Assembly (NCBI GenBank): GCA_964415975.1
Contig: CAYQCN010000002.1
Span: forward strand, 1-62,352
Direction of reading: 5' to 3'
From: an uncultured Candidatus Saccharibacteria bacterium
GTDB taxonomy: Bacteria > Patescibacteriota > Saccharimonadia > QS-5-54-17
DNA length: 62,352 nucleotides
In this document: positions 56,860 through 62,352 of the stretch, piece after piece
Layout: every line of letters starts with the position of its first letter
Numbering within the stretch: position 1 is the first letter of the stretch
Position numbers and translations under genes: made by a program
The notes under the pieces: generated by a model
Told to the model about the DNA's origin: nothing
The model's database searches: none
What the model saw: only the letters and a program-made list of their open reading frames with translations

Positions 56860-58269
56860 ATGAAGTGGCCGGCTATTTCAGAACTGGCATTTAATATTAG
56901 ATCTGGTGCGATTAAATCTTATGACCTAACTAGCGATTGCTACTCGAGGGCTAAATCCGACCAGCATAATGCAGTCTTAAGTTTAGATGACTCCGTACTC
57001 GAAAAGGCTTCCGCGATTGATGAGGCTATAGAAAACGGAGAAGATATCGGTCCGTTGTCTGGAATCCCGTATTTAGTCAAGGACAATTTCCTCACACACA
57101 ATACCGCCACAACCGCTGCCAGTAAGATGCTAGAAGGGTTTAAGGCGCCTTATCAGGCTACAGCTGTTGAAAGGCTTGAAGCCGCGGGAGCACTCATGCT
57201 CGGCAAGGTCAACTTAGATGAGTTTGCTCATGGTTCATCCACCGAAAACAGCGCTTTTGGTCCAACCAAAAACCCAAGAGACACATCTAAGGTGCCGGGT
57301 GGGTCGTCCGGAGGCTCTGCAGCTGCAGTAGCCATGGAGCTTGTGCCGTTTGCGCTCGGCACAGACACGGGTGGATCTATAAGATTGCCGGCTAGTTTTT
57401 GCGGTGTGGTGGGCATGAAGCCTACTTATGGTTTGGTCTCTAGAAGCGGTGTAATAGCTATGGCATCTTCTACAGATGTGATTGGTCCGTTGACACAGAA
57501 CGTTGCCGATAGCGGTTTTATTTTGGATGTGTTGGCTGGAAAAGACCCACTTGACAGTACGACTATCGATAGAGATGTCTCTTATGTCGCTGAACCTAAA
57601 GACATCGAAGGCCTTAAGGTTGGAATCATTGATGGCCATTTGGGTGACGATATAGATGAAGTTGTAAAAGCCAAAGTACAAACTGCTCTAGATAAGCTTG
57701 AAAGTGCCGGTGCAGAAGTGAAAACAGTCACTATACCAGATGATGCGGCGGCTCTGGCTGCATATTACGTCATAGTTCCGGCTGAAATCAGCTCCAACCT
57801 AGCTAGGTATGATGGGGTTAAATACGGACTCAATCCGAAAGAAGCCCAAAATCTTTTGGACGCCTATTTGGAGTCTCGTGGGGCAGGTTTTGGTAAAGAG
57901 CCGATTCGACGAATACTTACCGGGACATATGTACTCTCTAGCGGCTATCAGGATGCGTATTACAAGCAGGCGCAAAAGGTAAGAACTCTCCTGAGAAGGG
58001 AGTACGACGAAGTTTTTGAGGATGTAGATGTATTGGTGGGGCCAACTGCTCCAGCCACCGCCTTCAGTCTGGGCGAAAAGCAGGACCCGATCAGTATGTA
58101 TATGACCGACCGCCTCACAATTGCCGCTAACTTGATTGGGGCTCCAGCATTGAGTATACCTCTTGCAGGTGAGGCGGAGGGTCTTCCGGTGGGGCTACAG
58201 ATTGTCGCTCCACGCCGAAAAGACAAGCAGCTGCTTGATATAGCAGCTTCTATTGAGGGGATAGTGTGA
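56860..58269 (+). CDS. gatA: Asp/Glu-tRNA amidotransferase subunit A
   Basis: Amidase signature GGSSGGSAAAVA and GTDTGGSIR. Confidence 0.95.
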   Translation: MKWPAISELAFNIRSGAIKSYDLTSDCYSRAKSDQHNAVLSLDDSVLEKASAIDEAIENGEDIGPLSGIPYLVKDNFLTHNTATTAASKMLEGFKAPYQATAVERLEAAGALMLGKVNLDEFAHGSSTENSAFGPTKNPRDTSKVPGGSSGGSAAAVAMELVPFALGTDTGGSIRLPASFCGVVGMKPTYGLVSRSGVIAMASSTDVIGPLTQNVADSGFILDVLAGKDPLDSTTIDRDVSYVAEPKDIEGLKVGIIDGHLGDDIDEVVKAKVQTALDKLESAGAEVKTVTIPDDAAALAAYYVIVPAEISSNLARYDGVKYGLNPKEAQNLLDAYLESRGAGFGKEPIRRILTGTYVLSSGYQDAYYKQAQKVRTLLRREYDEVFEDVDVLVGPTAPATAFSLGEKQDPISMYMTDRLTIAANLIGAPALSIPLAGEAEGLPVGLQIVAPRRKDKQLLDIAASIEGIV

Positions 58270-58688
58270 CTGAATTAATTTTAGTGGCCGGCATAGGCTT
58301 TCTGTTGGTGCTTGTCTTTTTAGTGCCGACAATCGCCACCTCTCAGCGTAGGGCCAAAAAATCATCTATCGACAAGCAGTTCGTATCCTCTGAGTGGACT
58401 AAAATCGAAGCCATGGCAGACAAGCCAGATAGCACTGCTCGTTATGCCGTCATAGAAGCCGATAAGTTACTTGATTATGCCCTGAAACAACGCGGCTACC
58501 CCGGCGAGACAATGGGTGAGCGCCTAAAAAGCGCTGATAAAGACTTTTCCTATCTAGATGACGTGTGGCAGGCCCATAAAATGCGCAACAAGCTAGTTCA
58601 TGAATCTGAGTACCAGGCCGATCAACGCTTAGTTAAGCGAGCGCTTAGCCAGTTTAAAACAGCACTAAAAGATATGGGGGCTTTTTGA
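58266..58688 (+). CDS. Hypothetical membrane-anchored helical protein inserted between gatA and gatB
   Basis: GTGA overlap with gatA and TGATG overlap with gatB. N-terminal TM helix LILVAGIGFLLVLVFLV, then a ~110-aa helical domain. Confidence 0.65.
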   Translation: MTELILVAGIGFLLVLVFLVPTIATSQRRAKKSSIDKQFVSSEWTKIEAMADKPDSTARYAVIEADKLLDYALKQRGYPGETMGERLKSADKDFSYLDDVWQAHKMRNKLVHESEYQADQRLVKRALSQFKTALKDMGAF

Positions 58689-60154
58689 TGCCGCAAAAAG
58701 ATATACAGCCTTACCGTTCCGGTTATTTGGTGGATATAGGTATTGAGTGCCATGTCCAACTCAAAACAGATAGCAAGCTCTTCTGCGGCTGCAGCAATGA
58801 TGCACGCACGGCCAAGCCCAATACTACAGTCTGTCCTGTTTGTCTTGGTATGCCGGGCACCTTGCCGGTCCTTAACAAAAGAGCCGTAGAGCTTGCCGTG
58901 CAGGCCGGTAGTGCCTTAGATGCCGAGATTGCAAGTGAGACTAAATTTGATCGCAAAAACTACTTTTATCCTGACTTGCCAAAGGGCTACCAGATCACGC
59001 AGTATGATCAGCCGATAGTAGGTCGGGGTGCTGTAGATGTGCCACTGGATGGCGAATCTTTTGAAGTTGGCATCACAAGAGCTCATATGGAGGAAGATGC
59101 CGGCAAGCTAACCCATCCTGATGACGCTGAATACTCACTGGTCGACCTCAATAGAGCCGGAACTCCACTTATAGAGATAGTTTCAGAGCCCGATATACAC
59201 TCGCCGGCTCAAGCCAAGGCTTATGCCCAGGAGCTCTATTTTCGCATGCTTTATGCTGGGGTGTCGGATGTAGATATGTATCACGGTAATATGAGGTTTG
59301 ACTTAAATATCAGCGTCCGCAAACCGGACTCAATCCAGATGGGGATTCGTACGGAAACCAAGAACCTTAATTCATTTCGCAGCATAGAGGCGGCAGCTGA
59401 ATATGAGATCGGACGCCAGATTGGAGTCATCGAATCGGGCGGCTCAATCACCCAGGAGACTCGCGGCTGGGACGAACAGAAAACCTACGCCATGCGCAGC
59501 AAGGAAGAGGCCGACGATTATCGTTATTTTCCAGAGCCTGACATACCACCACTAGTTATAACTGAAAGCATCAAGCAATCGACCTTGAGCGATATGCCCA
59601 CCACGCTTTCGCAGATAAGAGAGCAGTTCAATGCAGCCAATTTGTCTCAAACCCAGCAAGAGGCACTATTAAATCAGCCTAGGCTGGCTCGCTTACAACA
59701 AGAAATAATAGCCTCTGGTGAATATAGCGAGCAGACAGTTAGCCGGATAGCCAACTGGATGACAACCGAAGTAGTCAGGTTGGTGCGTGATGGTAGTTTT
59801 GACTGGGATTCTTATCGATTAGATGAAGCTGGATTGGTGGAGTTGGCTGCAATGGTAGACGCGGGTGATTTGAGCTCGACTGGTGCTAAGCAAGTTTTAA
59901 GTATAATGCTAAAGGAAAAGGCCAGCCCCAAAGAGATAGCCCAAAGAGAACAGCTCTTGCAAGTATCTGACTCGGGAGAGCTCGAACAAATAGTAGACCA
60001 AGTGATTGCGGATAACTCTAAGGCTGCAGATGATGTTAGAGGTGGCGAGTCTAAAGCGATAGGCTTTTTGACAGGTCAGGTTATGAAGGCTAGCCAAGGT
60101 AGAGCCAATCCGCAAAAAGTAAATGAGCTCTTGCGGCAGAAGCTAAAAAATTAA
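58688..60154 (+). CDS. gatB: Asp/Glu-tRNA amidotransferase subunit B
   Basis: IGIECHVQL, CPVCLG.PG.LP, NRAG.PL.EIVSEPD, and a C-terminal YqeY-like domain. Confidence 0.95.
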   Translation: MPQKDIQPYRSGYLVDIGIECHVQLKTDSKLFCGCSNDARTAKPNTTVCPVCLGMPGTLPVLNKRAVELAVQAGSALDAEIASETKFDRKNYFYPDLPKGYQITQYDQPIVGRGAVDVPLDGESFEVGITRAHMEEDAGKLTHPDDAEYSLVDLNRAGTPLIEIVSEPDIHSPAQAKAYAQELYFRMLYAGVSDVDMYHGNMRFDLNISVRKPDSIQMGIRTETKNLNSFRSIEAAAEYEIGRQIGVIESGGSITQETRGWDEQKTYAMRSKEEADDYRYFPEPDIPPLVITESIKQSTLSDMPTTLSQIREQFNAANLSQTQQEALLNQPRLARLQQEIIASGEYSEQTVSRIANWMTTEVVRLVRDGSFDWDSYRLDEAGLVELAAMVDAGDLSSTGAKQVLSIMLKEKASPKEIAQREQLLQVSDSGELEQIVDQVIADNSKAADDVRGGESKAIGFLTGQVMKASQGRANPQKVNELLRQKLKN

Positions 60155-60229
60155 GCTGAGTAACAATCCTCATCTGGCTCTAGTTTGCTACAATTAAACA
60201 CAACAACTAGCCACAGAAAGGAACCCAAT

Positions 60230-61102
60230 ATGCAACGCAAAGTAACTAAGGCTATCATACCTGCAGCCGGCCTAGGTACGCGCTTTTTGCCTCAAACAAA
60301 AGCTATGCCCAAAGAAATGCTACCCATCATAGATAAGCCTGTCATCCAATACATAGTAGAGGAAGCCGTTTCGGCCGGAGTTACCGATATTATTATAGTT
60401 ACCGGTGCTCATAAGCGTGCAATTGAAGACCATTTCGACCACCAGCATGAGCTAGAGCAGCAGCTTAAAGTTAAGGGCAAGGGTAAGTTGGCGAGCGACC
60501 TAGAGAGCATTGCCGAGATGGCCAACTTCGTCTATTTGAGACAAAAAGGAGTCCCGGGCAATGGTACCCCCGTATTAAATTCATCCCACCTTATAGATAA
60601 AGACGAACCCTTCCTGGTTCTGTTTGCCGATGATATGTTCCATGCCAAGAAGCCACGAGCTACTCAGTTGGTCGAGACATATGAAAAACTAGGCAGACCA
60701 GTCATGTCTTTGATGGAAGTAGAGGGCCCAAGTATAAGTAAATACGGAGTAATAGAGCCGGGAGAGCAGGTGGATGATAGTACGTTCAAAGTTGAGCGAG
60801 TAGTGGAGAAGCCGGCCTATGAAGATGCTCCCTCCAAATATGCTGCAATCAGTGGCTATGTACTTAATCGTGAAGTTATAGACTCGCTGGCAGAGCAGTC
60901 ACCTGATGACACAGGTGAGGTGTACCTTACGTCGGCCATTAATCAGGTCGCAAAATCGAGCGAGGTATACGGCCACATACTCCAAGGCAAGTGGCATGAC
61001 ACGGGCAATAAGCAGCGTTATTTAGAGGCGGTGGTCGATATGGCGCTAGAAGATCCAGAGCTGGCTGATGAATTTAGAGAGTATCTGCGCTCTGTTGTTT
61101 AA
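60230..61102 (+). CDS. galU: UTP--glucose-1-phosphate uridylyltransferase
   Basis: KAIIPAAGLGTRFLPQTKAMPKEMLPI and VEKP motifs. Confidence 0.93.
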   Translation: MQRKVTKAIIPAAGLGTRFLPQTKAMPKEMLPIIDKPVIQYIVEEAVSAGVTDIIIVTGAHKRAIEDHFDHQHELEQQLKVKGKGKLASDLESIAEMANFVYLRQKGVPGNGTPVLNSSHLIDKDEPFLVLFADDMFHAKKPRATQLVETYEKLGRPVMSLMEVEGPSISKYGVIEPGEQVDDSTFKVERVVEKPAYEDAPSKYAAISGYVLNREVIDSLAEQSPDDTGEVYLTSAINQVAKSSEVYGHILQGKWHDTGNKQRYLEAVVDMALEDPELADEFREYLRSVV

Positions 61103-61155
61103 AAATACTAAGCACAAGCCTTTCGTGGACGGCAATAAACTGTTAATATAAACTC

Positions 61156-61410
61156 ATGGCGGCTTTTGAAGTACTAGTCTTAATACTTAGCATTTTCTTA
61201 GCTATTTTTTTAGTGATTGGAATTGCAGTGCTGGTAGAGCTATTGAAGTTTGCCAGGCGTCTAAATGAGATGTCTGAAAAAGCAGATAGCTATATGGATG
61301 AGATACGTTCTACTCTGCTCAATGCCGTCAAGAAAACTGCTACTCCGACCATGATTATGTCCGGCATAGTGCAGTTTATGCGCAACACCAGAAGAAGTGA
61401 TAAAGATTAA
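61156..61410 (+). CDS. DUF948-like small membrane protein
   Basis: N-terminal TM helix followed by a helical tail. Sits next to a YtxH-like gene, as in Firmicutes stress loci. Confidence 0.6.
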   Translation: MAAFEVLVLILSIFLAIFLVIGIAVLVELLKFARRLNEMSEKADSYMDEIRSTLLNAVKKTATPTMIMSGIVQFMRNTRRSDKD

Positions 61411-61432
61411 TTTAAAATAGGAGGACACTAAA

Positions 61433-61720
61433 ATGTCTCAAGATAACAACGAGCAAAAAAACCACAAAAGCAAGTTTGCATTAGGCGCAGCTATAGGAGC
61501 AGTGGCTGGTGCAGTTGGCGGTCTTTTGTTCGCACCAAAGAGTGGCAAAGAGACACGCGAGGATCTTAAGGAAAAAGCCAAGGAAGTTGAAGCAGAAGCT
61601 AAAGATAAGTCTCAGGCAGCCAAGCGAAAAGCCAAAACAGCCAAGCGTGAAGCCAAAAAAACCGGAGAGCGCGTGCAACAGAAGGCTAAAAATGCCAAAG
61701 AGGCTATTAAAGACGAATAG
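61433..61720 (+). CDS. YtxH-like general stress protein
   Basis: GAAIGAVAGAVGGLLFAPKSGKETREDLKEKA motif, then a K/E/A-rich helix. AGGAGGA SD. Confidence 0.7.
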   Translation: MSQDNNEQKNHKSKFALGAAIGAVAGAVGGLLFAPKSGKETREDLKEKAKEVEAEAKDKSQAAKRKAKTAKREAKKTGERVQQKAKNAKEAIKDE

Positions 61721-61768
61721 TCTAGCTATTTTCACGCCACAACTTACGTCTAAAATCTTAGAAACCAG

Positions 61769-62053
61769 ATGAAAAAATACACCGATCTCAAGAGTGATGA
61801 AGAGTATGCCAAGCTCGGTAAACTTTTGGTGCTAGCCATCCAGAGAGACAACCTAAATGTCACGCATGGATGGTGGCGCTATATAGGTATCAGTTTCGTT
61901 AGAGGGCTCTTTATGGGACTTGGCAGTGTAGTCGGTGCTACTATTTTGGTGGCGGCAGCTATATGGCTCATGGACATATTTGACTGGCTGCCCGTCATTG
62001 GTGAGTGGCTAGACGCATTTGGCAGTGAACTAGAAGAAGATCCGGCGCTATAA
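61769..62053 (+). CDS. Hypothetical small membrane protein
   Basis: 94 aa with two hydrophobic segments (WWRYIGISFVRGLFMGLGSVVGATILVAAAIWL). Confidence 0.6.
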   Translation: MKKYTDLKSDEEYAKLGKLLVLAIQRDNLNVTHGWWRYIGISFVRGLFMGLGSVVGATILVAAAIWLMDIFDWLPVIGEWLDAFGSELEEDPAL

Positions 62054-62150
62054 GTTTTAGTGCATTTTTGTATTGATTACTTGACTGCCTAAAATGCTTG
62101 TGCTAAATTTAATTGCATAAAGTCTAAAAATAAATAAAAGGAAAAATAAA

Positions 62151-62352
62151 ATGAAATACGCCCCCAACATAAAACAGATTAAGTACCCACGACTGACATC
62201 GGTCTCAGCCATAGCAGTACTACTAGTTAGTGCTATGGTGCCGTTCATGGCGCAGGCTGGACAGCTGGGTAACCGCTCGCTAGAGCTAGGCTCAGCGGCA
62301 GCTGGGGCTGAGACTACCCACGACTTTTCATTCGATATCGGCACCTCTTCTA
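62151..62352 (+). CDS. 5' end of a secreted protein gene (runs off the window)
   Basis: AAAGGAAAA upstream of ATG 62151. Signal peptide-like SVSAIAVLLVSAMVPFMAQA. Open to the window end. Preferred over the antisense ORF 62057-62344. Confidence 0.5.
   Translation, partial: MKYAPNIKQIKYPRLTSVSAIAVLLVSAMVPFMAQAGQLGNRSLELGSAAAGAETTHDFSFDIGTSS

Noticed and set aside
62057-62344. 95-aa minus-strand ORF from the ORF track at the window end.
   Set aside because: The + strand frame starting at 62151 has an SD-like purine tract and a classical signal peptide, and it stays open to the window edge. The minus ORF is its antisense shadow.
1-62352. Checked for CRISPR arrays, transposases or integrases, prophage blocks, recoded stop codons (code 25/4), and rRNA/tRNA genes.
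   Set aside because: There are no spaced direct-repeat arrays and no recombinase-like ORFs. All conserved genes are intact under the standard code with TGA, TAA and TAG as stops. No cloverleaf-capable or rRNA-like sequence was seen in the intergenic regions.

Overview
The window reads as one contiguous chromosomal stretch from a small-genome, Gram-positive-like bacterium. About 70 tightly packed genes lie almost all on the + strand, many with overlapping stop/start codons (ATGA, GTGA, TAATG). The gene content and style suggest a Patescibacteria/CPR organism, Saccharibacteria-like; this lineage call is inference only. Supporting features are the split transketolase, gatCAB, a type IV pilin-like leader, an RpfB-like wall hydrolase, many acidic membrane-anchored orphan proteins, and the standard genetic code.

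Recognisable content:
- Glycolysis and pentose-phosphate genes in two blocks: pyk-pgk-tpiA, and ppa-gap-rpiB-rpe-tktN-tktC-fba-pfkB.
- DNA repair: pcrA/uvrD, uvrA, uvrB, ruvX.
- Translation: metG, alaS, gatCAB, rsmA, mnmA, trhO, obg.
- Division and cell wall: ftsA, mltG, an RpfB-like protein, a LysM-CHAP hydrolase.
- Redox: glutaredoxin, a Grx-like-TrxR fusion, two cupredoxin-fold proteins.
- An ABC-2 exporter, two LOG/SLOG-family proteins, galU, and a DUF948/YtxH stress pair.

I found no rRNA, canonical tRNA, CRISPR array, transposase or integrase.

Most unusual observations:
1. A compositionally foreign mini-cassette at the 5' end (promoter, structured leader and a 106-codon ORF with G/C-ending codons), next to a divergent candidate sRNA.
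2. An unannotated pair of translationally coupled micro-ORFs between the SLOG gene and uvrB.
3. A carbon-metabolism super-operon with no transaldolase that ends in an orphan 413-aa protein plus a TIGR00725/SLOG protein.
4. Several atypical domain architectures: GNAT-MerR, a Cys-less transglutaminase-like protein, Grx-like-TrxR, a minimal AlaRS, and an ORF inserted in gatCAB.
5. Isolated strong DNA/RNA structures at 19048-19088 and 20212-20300.

No clear-cut novel multi-gene system such as a defence island can be demonstrated from the sequence alone.
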